The notes below the pieces were generated by a model. That model ran no database searches. It was not told the origin of the DNA and saw nothing but the letters and a program-made list of their open reading frames with translations. A program made the position numbers and the translations under genes. A stretch of 40,722 bases of DNA, taken from an uncultured Acidimicrobiaceae bacterium (GTDB lineage Bacteria > Actinomycetota > Acidimicrobiia > Acidimicrobiales > Bog-793). Below are positions 30,850 to 40,666 of this stretch, in pieces. The stretch is from NCBI GenBank assembly GCA_964485645.1, contig CAZAMA010000001.1, positions 9,512-50,233 on the forward strand, read 5' to 3'. The first letter of the stretch is position 1. The number at the start of each line of letters is the position of its first letter.

Positions 30850-33312
30850 ATGTCGATCGCGGTCCCCGCGCGGGCGCAGGTCGTGATCATCGGCGGTGGG
30901 GTGATCGGGCTCTCGACTGCCTACCATCTGACGAAGCAAGGTTGGAAGGACGTCGTCGTCCTCGAGCGCAACCAGCTGACCTCCGGCACCACCTGGCATG
31001 CGGCCGGGCTCATCACCTCTGCCGGCATGACCGACGAAGCCTCGCTCACCATGAGCATCTACTCGCGCGAGCTGTATGCCCGCCTCGAGGACGAGACCGG
31101 CTTGTCGACGGGGTTTCGGCGGTGCGGACACCTGCACGTAGCCACGACGCCCACACGGGTCGAATCCATGCAACGAGAGGCCGCCTATGCCAAGCGCTTC
31201 GGCCAGGAGTCCCACGAGGTGAGCCCCGACGAGATAGCCGAGCTGTGGCCGCTCGCCGAGACGTCCGACCTCCTAAGGGGCTTCTACGTGCCGGCCGAAG
31301 GACGGGCGAACCCCCACGACGTCGCCATGTCTCTGGCCAAAGGCGCGCGTCAGGGCGGGGCCAGGATCTTCGAGGGCATCGCGGTGACGGGCGTCACGAG
31401 GGAGGGCGACCGGGTGAACGGCGTGGTCACCGATGGTGGACCCATCGCAGCCGAGGTGGTCGTCCTCTGCGCGGGCATATGGAGCCGTCAGCTCGGCGAC
31501 AAGATAGGCGTGCGGATCCCCCTGCAGGCAGCCGAGCACTACTACCTGATCACCGAGCCTTTCGACGGCGTGCATCCGGACCTACCCGTCCTCGAGGATC
31601 CTGCCACCTATGGCTACTTTCGCGAGGAGACGGGCGGCCTGCTCGTCGGCCTCTTCGAACCAGAGGCGGCGGCCTGGAAACTCGAGGGCATACCCGAGGA
31701 TTTCGCCTTCGGTGAGATAGAGCCCGACTGGGACCGGATCGGCCCCTACGTCGACCTCGCGATGTCACGGGTGCCCGCCGTGCGATCCGTCGGGGTGCGC
31801 AAGTTCTTCTGCGGTCCTGAGTCATTCACATCCGACGTGCACCCACTGCTGGGCGAGTCGCCGGAGCTGAGGGGTTTCTTCGCGGCCACGGGCCTCAACT
31901 CGCTCGGCATCCTCCTCGGCGGCGGCGTCGGCAAGGTCATGGCGGAGTGGATAGTGAGCGGCCATCCACCGCTCGACCTGACCGGTTACACCCTCGATCG
32001 TGCGAGCCCGCACGAGGCGACAGCACGGTTCCGGCGCGTACGGACGCCAGAGCAGCTCGGAGTTCTCTTCGGGGACGCCGTAGCCCCGGGGTGGACACCG
32101 AAATCGGCGCGCGACATCCGCCGATCGCCGCTTCACGAGAGACTCGTCGCTCACGGCGCGCGCTTCGACACCACGACCGGATGGGAGTGGGCGGACTTCT
32201 TCGCTGGCCTCGGTGCGAAGGCCCCGGCGGTGGAGCAGTCATTTTCTCGCGAGGCGCACTGGCCCCTCATCGAGTCCGAGCATCGCGCCGTACGAGACGG
32301 CGTAGGGCTGCTGGACATGTCCTTTATGTGCAAGTTCCTCCTCCAGGGTCGAGACGCCGGCGTGGTGCTCGACCGCCTGGTCGTGTCGGACGCGGCGTCG
32401 GCGCCTATCGGCAAGGTTGTATACACGGCCATCTGTCATGAGGGCGGGGGTATGTGGGTGGACTGCACCTTTACCCGACAAGGGCAAGACAGCTACGTCG
32501 TGATCGGTACCGATCTCGTCGCGCGCCGGCTCGAGACCCTGCTGCGGCGTGGCCTCCGCGCCGAGGACCGCGCCACGGTGACAGATATGACGGCGGCTTT
32601 CGCCCTCCTCAGCATCCAAGGACCGCTGTCACGCGCGCTCCTCTCCATGGTGACGACAGCGGATCTGTCCAACGAGGCATTTCCGTACCTGAGCGGCCGC
32701 GCGATAGACGTTGCATACGCCCCCGCTGTCTGGGTTCAGCGGGTGACATATGTCGGCGAGCTCGGCTACGAGCTTCATGTGAGCGCGGAGTTCGCGGTGT
32801 CGGTATATGACGCGATCTTCGAGTTAGGTGGCAGCTTCGGGCTGCGCGACATCGGCATGTCGGCCCTGAACGGTCTGCGGCTCGAAAAGGGGTACCGGGA
32901 CTACGGGCACGACATAGGCAACGACGACACACCGCTCGAAGCCGGTATCGGCTTCGTCGTCGACTACGAGAAGCCCGGCTTTGCCGGTCGCGCGGCGCTC
33001 GTCTCCCAGCGCGAGAACCTGCCGCTGCCGGCGCGCCTCGTGAATGTGCTCGTGCTCGATCCCGAGCCGCTCCTGTTCCACGGAGAGGACGTGCTCCGCG
33101 ACGGAGCGCTCGTCGGCGAGATCGAGGCCGGCGCGTACGGCTACAGCCTCGGTGGCTCCGTCGCCATCGCCACCGTGCGCTGCGAGGAAGGGGTCACCGG
33201 CGCCTGGCTGTCGGGTGGAGCCTTCGAGGTCGAGGTAGGCCGGCGCCGCTACCCCGCGAGGGCGCAACTGGGGCCGCTCTACGATCCGGAGCGATCCCGC
33301 ATCCTCGCCTGA
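30850..33312 (+). CDS. GcvT-family FAD-dependent oxidoreductase (second paralog)
   Basis: SD aggagg. IIGGGVIG, SGTTWHAAG, CGPESFT, RVTYVGELGYE, LRLEKGYRDYG, PLYDP. Confidence 0.9.
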   Translation: MSIAVPARAQVVIIGGGVIGLSTAYHLTKQGWKDVVVLERNQLTSGTTWHAAGLITSAGMTDEASLTMSIYSRELYARLEDETGLSTGFRRCGHLHVATTPTRVESMQREAAYAKRFGQESHEVSPDEIAELWPLAETSDLLRGFYVPAEGRANPHDVAMSLAKGARQGGARIFEGIAVTGVTREGDRVNGVVTDGGPIAAEVVVLCAGIWSRQLGDKIGVRIPLQAAEHYYLITEPFDGVHPDLPVLEDPATYGYFREETGGLLVGLFEPEAAAWKLEGIPEDFAFGEIEPDWDRIGPYVDLAMSRVPAVRSVGVRKFFCGPESFTSDVHPLLGESPELRGFFAATGLNSLGILLGGGVGKVMAEWIVSGHPPLDLTGYTLDRASPHEATARFRRVRTPEQLGVLFGDAVAPGWTPKSARDIRRSPLHERLVAHGARFDTTTGWEWADFFAGLGAKAPAVEQSFSREAHWPLIESEHRAVRDGVGLLDMSFMCKFLLQGRDAGVVLDRLVVSDAASAPIGKVVYTAICHEGGGMWVDCTFTRQGQDSYVVIGTDLVARRLETLLRRGLRAEDRATVTDMTAAFALLSIQGPLSRALLSMVTTADLSNEAFPYLSGRAIDVAYAPAVWVQRVTYVGELGYELHVSAEFAVSVYDAIFELGGSFGLRDIGMSALNGLRLEKGYRDYGHDIGNDDTPLEAGIGFVVDYEKPGFAGRAALVSQRENLPLPARLVNVLVLDPEPLLFHGEDVLRDGALVGEIEAGAYGYSLGGSVAIATVRCEEGVTGAWLSGGAFEVEVGRRRYPARAQLGPLYDPERSRILA

Positions 33313-33397
33313 GCCCTTCCCGACGTGGCGCGGCCGACTTCCCTCGGCCCTGGTGGCCAGTCGCGCGTGGGGGTCGCGACCATGCCACCATGTATGG

Positions 33398-34429
33398 ATG
33401 CGCATAGGGGTTCTCACAGGTGGCGGCGACTGCCCGGGGCTCAACCCAGCGATCAGGGCCGTCGTCCGCAAATGCGAGGTGGGTTACGGCGACGAGGTGA
33501 TCGGGTTCCTCGACGGCTGGCGAGGAGTCGTCGAGGACGCTACCGTGCCTCTCGACGTCGAGCGATGCCGCGGCATCCTTCCGCGCGGTGGCACCATCCT
33601 CGGCACCTCGCGGACCAATCCATACCGGATCGAGAACGGGCCGGAGCAAGCCGTCGAGACGATCGAGCGGCACCACCTCGACGCGCTCATCGCGATCGGC
33701 GGAGAGGACACGCTCGGCGTCGCCGACAAGCTGGGCGCATCCGGCATACCGGTCGTTGGAATCCCGAAGACGATCGACAACGACCTGTCCGAGACCGACT
33801 TCACCATCGGCTTCGACACCGCGGTGCAGATCGCCGTCGAGGCGATCGACCGCTTGCACACCACGGCCGAGTCGCACCACCGGGTGATCGTCTGCGAGGT
33901 CATGGGCCGCCACGTCGGCTGGATTGCCACCTACGCCGGCATCGCCGGTGGCGCGACCGTCATCCTTGTGCCCGAGGAACCGTTCGCGATCGACAGCGTC
34001 TGTCAGTACCTGCGGCACCGCCATTCCTCGGGCACTTACGCCTCTATCGTCGTTGCCGCCGAAGGAGCCAAGCCCGTCGAGGGAACCCTCGCCCTCGTCG
34101 CCCCCGAGCTCGACCAGTTTGGCCACGAGCGACTCGGGGGAATCTCCACGGTCGTTGCCGAAGAGGTGGAACACCGGACCGGTTACGAGTCGAGGGTCAC
34201 GATCCTCGGACACGTGCAGCGCGGCGGTACGCCGAGCGCATTCGACCGGGTTCTCGCCACGCGCTTCGGCACGGCCGCAGTGGATTGCGTCCACGACGGG
34301 GCCTGGCGTTCGATGGTGGCACTGCACGGGACCCGCGTCGAGAGGGTCCCTATCGCGGATGCCGTCGCGAAGCTCAAGACCCTCGACCCTGACCTGTTCC
34401 GCTCGGTAGCCGAAGTCTTCTTCGGCTGA
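33398..34429 (+). CDS. pfkA: 6-phosphofructokinase, actinobacterial group III type
   Basis: MRIGVLTGGGDCPGLN, GGTILGTSRTNP, GGEDT, PKTIDND, EVMGRH, LGHVQRGG. Confidence 0.93.
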   Translation: MRIGVLTGGGDCPGLNPAIRAVVRKCEVGYGDEVIGFLDGWRGVVEDATVPLDVERCRGILPRGGTILGTSRTNPYRIENGPEQAVETIERHHLDALIAIGGEDTLGVADKLGASGIPVVGIPKTIDNDLSETDFTIGFDTAVQIAVEAIDRLHTTAESHHRVIVCEVMGRHVGWIATYAGIAGGATVILVPEEPFAIDSVCQYLRHRHSSGTYASIVVAAEGAKPVEGTLALVAPELDQFGHERLGGISTVVAEEVEHRTGYESRVTILGHVQRGGTPSAFDRVLATRFGTAAVDCVHDGAWRSMVALHGTRVERVPIADAVAKLKTLDPDLFRSVAEVFFG

Positions 34430-34518
34430 TACTTTCCCCCACTGGCGCTGAGCCAGGCGATCGATTCCGGGATCCGCACTGCGGCCGCAGCCGCCAGGTC
34501 CGGTGGAGCGACGAGGCC

Positions 34519-35109
34519 TCAACCAGCCGCTCGCGCCTCCTCGCCGCCAGGCTGGGAGAAGTCGATCGTCTCGGCTGTCTCGGTGCCGTTGGTGCGGTCC
34601 GGGTAGCTGACGAACCTCATGCAGATGTTGAGCTCGTCGATGACGTTCGAAGCCTCGATCTTGACCCCGCCGTCGAGCTCCATCGAGCCTGTCGTGTGGG
34701 CGTCCTCGATGAGGGTGAGGTCGTAGCCAAGATCCAGCGCCCCGTAGGCCGTGGCTCGGATACACCAGTTCGTCGCAGCTCCAGCCAGCGCGATGTGGGT
34801 CGCGCCGAGCGTCGCGAGCTTGGTCTCGAGCTCGGTCTGTTGGAAGCAGGAGTTGAACTGTTTGTGTATGAGGATCTCGTCCTCTAAAGGAACGAGCTCC
34901 GGCACCCACTGCCACTGCGGGCTACCGTAAGCGAGCTCCTCGTCCGAGTGCTGCACCCACAAGACGGGCACGGCCGCTGCGCGTGCGCGCTCGACAGCGC
35001 GCGCCACGTTCTTGACGACTCGGGCGGAATCCCACGCCTCGCCCATCACGCCGACTTGTACGTCGACAACGAGCAGCACCTTCTTGTCGCCCTCGCGCAC
35101 CGTTGCCAT
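34519..35109 (-). CDS. Isochorismatase/cysteine hydrolase family protein
   Basis: LLVVDVQ, IHKQFNSCF, GAATNWCIRAT (Asp-Lys-Cys triad), DAHTT. Confidence 0.88.
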   Translation of the reverse strand: MATVREGDKKVLLVVDVQVGVMGEAWDSARVVKNVARAVERARAAAVPVLWVQHSDEELAYGSPQWQWVPELVPLEDEILIHKQFNSCFQQTELETKLATLGATHIALAGAATNWCIRATAYGALDLGYDLTLIEDAHTTGSMELDGGVKIEASNVIDELNICMRFVSYPDRTNGTETAETIDFSQPGGEEARAAG

Positions 35110-35223
35110 GATGACCCCCCTTGTGCTCGCCAGACAGTGATCCTCAGCCGTAGCTAGTTGGATCGACAGTAGTCGCGGCGCGCGACGGCCGCCGCCAGGA
35201 CGCCGGCACTCCCAGCCGTCTGC

Positions 35224-36018
35224 TCAGCCCGCCGACGCAACCACGTCAGGCAAGCTGACCACCACGTGCAGCCCGCCCTGTGGCCTCGCCACCGCCGTGA
35301 CCACCGCACCGTGCGCGTCGGCGATCGCCTTCACGATTGCCAGACCGAGACCGTGACCGCTCGAGCGAGACGTACGGTCCGTTTCGAGCCGCTGGAACGC
35401 ACCGAACCGGCGGCCGACGTCCACAGCCGCGACGACCGGCCCGGTGTTGGTGACCGCCACCCGGCTCTCAGCTCCCGAACGGCTCGTCGCTACCTCCACG
35501 GTGCCGCCGGGCACGTTGTACTCCAAGGCATTGTCGAGCGAATTGGCGACCAGACTCTCGATCAAACTCGTGTCCCCGCTCGCCGGCGCTGGCGCCAGCG
35601 ACACCTGCAACACCGTGTGCTGACCGGCTAGTGGCGTCCGCAGCTCGTGTGAGGCGTTCGCAACGAAACGCCGGTGGGTCGCAAACGATCCTTCCAAGCG
35701 CCCGAACAGCCCGTCGAGGGTGCGGCCGAGCTCGGTGAGTTCATCGTCCGGCCCGGCGACACCGAGGCGTCGGTGGAGGTTAGTCGCGGAGATCTCCCGC
35801 GCACTCTCGTTCCTCTCACGTAAGGGCCGCAAGAAACGCGCCGCGACCCACCATGCCACCGCCACCGCCGCGCAGACGGCGACGAGCGCCACGAGAGCTG
35901 CTCCGATGGCGAAGTGGCGACCGTTGAACTGCGCACCGCTGATCGGCGGAACGCCGTACGGATGCGGGGCGACTGAGGTCGAACCGCGCTGGATCAGCAA
36001 CCCGGCGACCCCGAGCAC
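35224..36018 (-). pseudogene. Sensor histidine kinase remnant (HAMP, HisKA, HATPase) with 5' truncation and internal deletion
   Basis: GPDDELTELGRT (HAMP) and FVANASHELRTPL (H-box). The H-box helix is joined almost directly to PASGD..LVANSLDNALEYN (N-box) and GHGLGLAIV, so the second DHp helix and linker are missing. No response regulator nearby. Confidence 0.7.
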
Positions 36019-36973
36019 GAAGGCTGGCGCACCGTACGCGGCCGTGATGGCGACGGGAGGCCACAGCGTCCGGTTCCAGTACGACTACTCCCACGACCTC
36101 GCCGGAACGCCAGGTACCGTCTCGCCAAGCAATCCGCGTTGGCTTCGGCTCGTGCGCCGCGGCGGCGCGCTCACCGCCTACGACTCGACCAACGGATCGT
36201 CGTGGCGCGAGATCGGGTCGACCGCCCTCACGGGGCTGCCAAACACGGTTGATATCGGTCTGTTCCTCACCTCGCCCGTCACCTATGCCCAGTCGAGCCA
36301 GGGCAACGCCACGCAGGCGACCGCTCGCTGCGACCACGTGAGCGTGCAGGGCCGCACGACCACGGTGGCCTGGCAGCCCACCAGCGTCGGCGGCGGCAAC
36401 AACTTCTACCCGACGCTTGGCTTCGGGATCGCCCGCCGCATCGATGGCACTTTCGTGATCACGGGCACCGGCGACATCGCCCCCGGCGTGTTGGCCGGCA
36501 TCATCGCCCAGAATCCGGCTACGGGACAGACGATCATCGGCATCCTCGTGGGGCTCATCGTCCTCATCGTGATCGCGACGGTGTTCGTCACGGCCGAATA
36601 CCGGCGCCGGCTCATCCGCACGACGTTCACGGCGATGCCGAACCGCGGCCGAGTCCTCTCTGCCAAGGCGATCGTCATCTTCGCCGTGGCGCTTCTAACC
36701 GAATCGGTCGCGGCCGCCATCTCCATCCCGATCAGCCGGCACCTCTTGATCAGTAACGGGAACTTCCTCTTCCCGGTCGGAGCACTCACCGCGGCACGCG
36801 AGGTGTTCGGGTCCGCGATCCTCGTCGCGTCGTCGCCTCTCGTCAGCTACCCCTATACCGTCCAGAACGGCTACTACCCGCTCGGCGCCTGGGTCTCGCT
36901 GATTGTGCCGTGCTGCTACGCCGCCCTCGCGCTCGGCGAGGCGGCGATAGTGCTCCGCCGGAGGGACCCATGA
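36014..36973 (+). pseudogene. ABC transporter permease remnant with extracytoplasmic beta-sandwich insert; lacks its 5' end
   Basis: PRWLRLVRRGGALTAYDSTNGSSW domain, then TAEYRRRLIRTTFTAMPNRGRVLSAKA (ABC-2 permease motif) and a LRRRDP end. No start with an SD; the C-terminal TM segments are shortened. Confidence 0.65.
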
Positions 36974-37245
36974 CCGATGCGCTCAGGGCGGAATGGACGA
37001 AACTCCGCACTTCACCCGGCACCGCCTGGATCCTGCTGGCAACCGTCGCGCTCACGGCCGGGCTCAGCACGCTGGTCGCGGGCACGATCCACGTCAGCGG
37101 CCGGAGCGGAGAAGACCCCACCAAGATCAGCTTGATCGGCGTCGACCTCGGACAGGCGATCTTGGCCGTGCTCGGCGTCCTCGCCGCCTGGAGCGTCGGC
37201 GCGCTCCTGATCGGCGGCTGTACGCTCCAGGTCCGCAACTCATAG
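36970..37245 (+). pseudogene. Second ABC-2 permease remnant, internally deleted
   Basis: MTDALRAEWTKLRT start is typical of roughly 250-aa permeases. After GQAILAVLGVLA it jumps to the terminal AWSVGALLIGG..LQVRNS. Only 91 aa. Confidence 0.7.
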
Positions 37246-37382
37246 CGGTCGCCGTAGATGCGGCCCAACGATCGCCACAGTCCGACGCCTGGCCAGCTCC
37301 TCGAGGATTTCTCCCTACGGGGCCTGCATCAGGCAACGTTCGACGATGTCTGGAGATGGGCCGACCACTACCGACCGTCAGA

Positions 37383-38042
37383 TCAGCCCTCAGCCGTCGT
37401 CAAGCCGACCGGACAAGCCACCCCCGTTCCTCCCAAACCGCAGTATCCCGTCGGATTCTTCGCGAGGTACTGCTGGTGGTAGTCCTCGGCGTAATAGAAC
37501 GGGCCGGCCTCGGCGATCTCGGTAGTTATCTCACCGTGGCCCGCAGATATCAATGCCGCCTGGAAGCGGTCACGTGACAGCTTGGCCGCAGAGAGCTGGT
37601 CATCGGACGCCACGAATATCGCCGAGCGGTACTGGGTCCCAGCGTCGTTCCCCTGCCTCATGCCCTGCGTGGGGTCGTGACTCTCCCAGAAGATTCGCAG
37701 CATCTCGCCATAGGTCGTGCGCGCGTTGTCGAACACGACGAGTACGACTTCGGCGTGGCCCGTTCGACCCGTGCACACCTCCTCGTAGGTAGGGTTCGGG
37801 GTGTAACCACCCGAGTACCCGACAGCCGTCGTGACGACTCCCGAAGCCTCCCAGAATTTCCGCTCTGCCCCCCAGAAACAGCCAAGTCCGAATATGGCCG
37901 TCTCGGATCGGGCCGGATAGGGCGGAGCCATGGGACGGTGGAGGACCACATGGGTGCTCGGAGGAAGAGTTGCCGTCGTCCTTCCCGGCAGCGCCTTGTC
38001 CCTCGCGACCAACTCGTGCTTGCCGGCGCCGAAAAGACCCAC
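37383..38042 (-). CDS. msrA: Peptide-methionine (S)-S-oxide reductase
   Basis: [39 protein letters not shown]. Confidence 0.95.
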   Translation of the reverse strand: MGLFGAGKHELVARDKALPGRTTATLPPSTHVVLHRPMAPPYPARSETAIFGLGCFWGAERKFWEASGVVTTAVGYSGGYTPNPTYEEVCTGRTGHAEVVLVVFDNARTTYGEMLRIFWESHDPTQGMRQGNDAGTQYRSAIFVASDDQLSAAKLSRDRFQAALISAGHGEITTEIAEAGPFYYAEDYHQQYLAKNPTGYCGLGGTGVACPVGLTTAEG

Positions 38043-38194
38043 CTTGTCCCACCTCTGCTCGCGTCTCCCACAGGTCCCAACGCATCTTGTAGCCCTATCT
38101 GTTCCCTCCGGCCGGAGCGGTGGCTAGCGTCGGCACGAGGCCGGCACGCGGTCGAGGGCGAAGCGACAGGAGGCACCGTGGGGCAGGCGACGAG

Positions 38195-38947
38195 ATGAGC
38201 ACACGGCTCGACGGCAAAGTTGCCCTCGTCACCGGATCGTCGAGTGGGATCGGCGCCGCCACCGCGCGGGCACTTAGCCGCGAGGGAGCCACTGTCGTCC
38301 TCAACTCCTCGTCCTCGGCGAAGGCGGGCCGGGCCCTGGCGGCAGAGCTCGGCGATGCCACCTACCTCATGGCCGATATCTCCGACGAGACCCAGGCAAG
38401 AGAGCTGGTCGAAGCCTCCGCCCGGCGCAACGGTCGCCTCGACATCCTCGTCAACAACGCCGGGGTCACCGTCAAGATCCCGCACCGGGAGATCGACGAG
38501 GTGACCGGGGCGGTCTGGGCGAAGAGACTCGGCGTCAACGTCCTTGGCACCTGGAACGTCACCGCGGCCGCCATTCCATACCTGCGGGCGGCAGCCCGCG
38601 ACCACCAAGGCGGGTCCGTCGTGGTGAACGTGTCCTCAGTCGCCGGCATTCGGCCCACGGGATCCTCCATCCCTTACGGGGTATCGAAAGCTGCCGTCAA
38701 TCACATGACGCTGATGCTCGCGAATGTCCTCGGGCCCGAGATTCGCGTGAACGCCGTGGCGCCCGGGCTCGTCGACACACCCTGGACGGCTGGGTGGGAC
38801 CACGAGAGGAGCCTCGTGCACTCGAGAGCACCTCTCAAGTCGAGCGCGCAGCCCGAAGACGTGGCCGATGTGATCATGGGACTCGTCCACTCGTACCAGG
38901 TGACCGGCGAGGTCGTGATGGTGGACGGGGGCCTGCACCTGCGCTGA
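38195..38947 (+). CDS. Short-chain dehydrogenase/reductase (SDR)
   Basis: TGSSSGIG, LVNNAG, NVSS, YGVSK, NAVAPG. Confidence 0.9.
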   Translation: MSTRLDGKVALVTGSSSGIGAATARALSREGATVVLNSSSSAKAGRALAAELGDATYLMADISDETQARELVEASARRNGRLDILVNNAGVTVKIPHREIDEVTGAVWAKRLGVNVLGTWNVTAAAIPYLRAAARDHQGGSVVVNVSSVAGIRPTGSSIPYGVSKAAVNHMTLMLANVLGPEIRVNAVAPGLVDTPWTAGWDHERSLVHSRAPLKSSAQPEDVADVIMGLVHSYQVTGEVVMVDGGLHLR

Positions 38948-38970
38948 GGCGTCCGGCGCGGGCGCCTCAG
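38944..38970. terminator. GC-rich hairpin between convergent SDR and holB
   Basis: CTGAGGCGTCC-ggcgc-GGGCGCCTCAG, an 11-bp stem with one G-U pair. No U-tract. Confidence 0.4.
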
Positions 38971-40022
38971 GCGAGCGAGTCGAGCCGCAGCAGCAACCAC
39001 TCGAGGAGCAGGACCTCGTTGACGTTGCGCTGAAGTCGCTCCGCAGCCTCGGCGATGAGCTCGACGGCCCTGAGGGAGGCGGACGAGACCTGGGTCCCCT
39101 GCGGGCCGTCGAGCCGCGCCCTGTACACGCCGGCCAGCGTCGCGAGCCCGGCGCGCATCTCGTCTGCTCGCACTCGGCGCTGCTCGCGCCGGTGACGATC
39201 CTCGATCGCTGCCCGGCCGGAAATGGTCCGCTCCCCGAACCGCTCGGCCTGGGACGCCAACGCCTCCAGCTCTGCCGACTGGCGAGCCTTCACCGCCTCG
39301 AGCGGCTCGAGCGAAGCCGCCACCAGCTCCTCGGCGAGGATCACGACCGTCGCGCCCGTCCCATCGAGGCGCGACGGAATCGACCTCCACCGCTCCAACC
39401 GCCTGAAGAAACCCTCCTCGCCCAGAAGGAGCCGAGCGCGATCGAGACGACCGCCGGCTACGTCAGCCACTGCGGTGGCCACCGCGACGTCGGCTCCCTC
39501 CTTCACGAGCATCCTCACCACATCGGTACCGGCAAGCGCGTCGAAGGTCACGGTCACGCACCGGCTCGCGATCGTGAGCAGATCGGGAGGGAGACTGTCA
39601 GCGACGACGATGACCACGGTCGTCTCAGGTGGCTCTTCGAGAGTCTTCAGCAGGACCGGCGCCGCCTGCTCGACGAGATGGAAGTCGACCAGGATAAGTA
39701 CCTGAAAGCGCGCCGCGCGAGGCGAGCGCATCGCCAGCCTCACGACCTCCTGTGCCTGGGATACCTGGATCGACGCGCCTTGACGCTCGACGAGAACGAC
39801 ATCGGGATGGCGGAGGGCGAGCACCTCGCTACAGGAGGGACACCCGCCGCAACCACCGCTCGGGCAGGTGATCGCCGCGGCGAACGCCAGGGCCGCCTCA
39901 CGCTTTCCCGTACCCGGCGGTCCGAGGAACAGGTAGGCATGTACAGGAGTGGCGATCGAGGCATCGAGCTGGCGCACGGCCCTGGCCTGCCCGACGACGC
40001 GGCCGAGAACGGGCGCTGTCAC
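38967..40022 (-). CDS. holB: DNA polymerase III subunit delta'
   Basis: GTG 40022 overlaps the tmk stop. HAYLFLGPPGTGK, CGGCPSC..HPDV, LLKTLEEPP, TIASRC. Follows tmk as usual. Confidence 0.9.
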   Translation of the reverse strand: MTAPVLGRVVGQARAVRQLDASIATPVHAYLFLGPPGTGKREAALAFAAAITCPSGGCGGCPSCSEVLALRHPDVVLVERQGASIQVSQAQEVVRLAMRSPRAARFQVLILVDFHLVEQAAPVLLKTLEEPPETTVVIVVADSLPPDLLTIASRCVTVTFDALAGTDVVRMLVKEGADVAVATAVADVAGGRLDRARLLLGEEGFFRRLERWRSIPSRLDGTGATVVILAEELVAASLEPLEAVKARQSAELEALASQAERFGERTISGRAAIEDRHRREQRRVRADEMRAGLATLAGVYRARLDGPQGTQVSSASLRAVELIAEAAERLQRNVNEVLLLEWLLLRLDSLA

Positions 40023-40657
40023 CGCCGGCCTCCCCGATGCCGGAGAGCGTCTACAGCCTCTCTCGCGGCCCTCGCGACGGTATCGACGTCGAGGGTCGCG
40101 TCTATCACCACCCAGCGGTCGCCCTCGGCTGCCGCGAGCGCACGAAAGCCCCGGGCCACCCTCTCGTGGAACCCTTCGCTCTCTGCCTCGATCCGATCGG
40201 GCCGCGAGCAAAGTGCGGCCCGCCCTGCACCGGTCGCGGGCGCAACATCGAGGAGAATGTTGAGATCTGGCCAGAGACCACCTGAGGCCAGCGCGCAGGC
40301 GCGCCTCACCTCCTCCAGCGGCAGGCCCCGGCCGTAGCCCTGATAGGCCAGGGTGGAGGCAGAGAAACGGTCGACGACGAGGTCACGCCCGGACTCCAGC
40401 ACCGGAGCGATGCGCTCCGAGACGTGCTGGGCCCGCGCCGCCAGCATGAGCATGAGCTCAGTGCGGGGATCGAGGGCCCTGCCCTCGTCCTCGGCATCGG
40501 GGTGGAGCAGCCACACGCGGATGCGATCACCAAGGTCCGTGCCACCTGGCTCTCGCGTCAGCTCGGCATCGAGAGATTCGGCAAGGAGCCTCGACTGGGT
40601 CGACTTCCCCGCTCCTTCACCGCCTTCGAAGGCGACGAACAGGCCGCGGCAGGTCAC
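40019..40657 (-). CDS. tmk: Thymidylate (dTMP) kinase
   Basis: FEGGEGAGKSTQ, TREPGGT, DRFSASTLAYQGYGRG. Confidence 0.95.
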   Translation of the reverse strand: MTCRGLFVAFEGGEGAGKSTQSRLLAESLDAELTREPGGTDLGDRIRVWLLHPDAEDEGRALDPRTELMLMLAARAQHVSERIAPVLESGRDLVVDRFSASTLAYQGYGRGLPLEEVRRACALASGGLWPDLNILLDVAPATGAGRAALCSRPDRIEAESEGFHERVARGFRALAAAEGDRWVVIDATLDVDTVARAAREAVDALRHRGGRR

Positions 40658-40666
40658 GGCGGCACC

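Noticed and set aside
35720-36013. N-terminal 98 aa of the 417-aa + ORF as real protein
   Set aside because: It is the antisense of the kinase HAMP/TM region. Permease-like sequence starts at about 36014.
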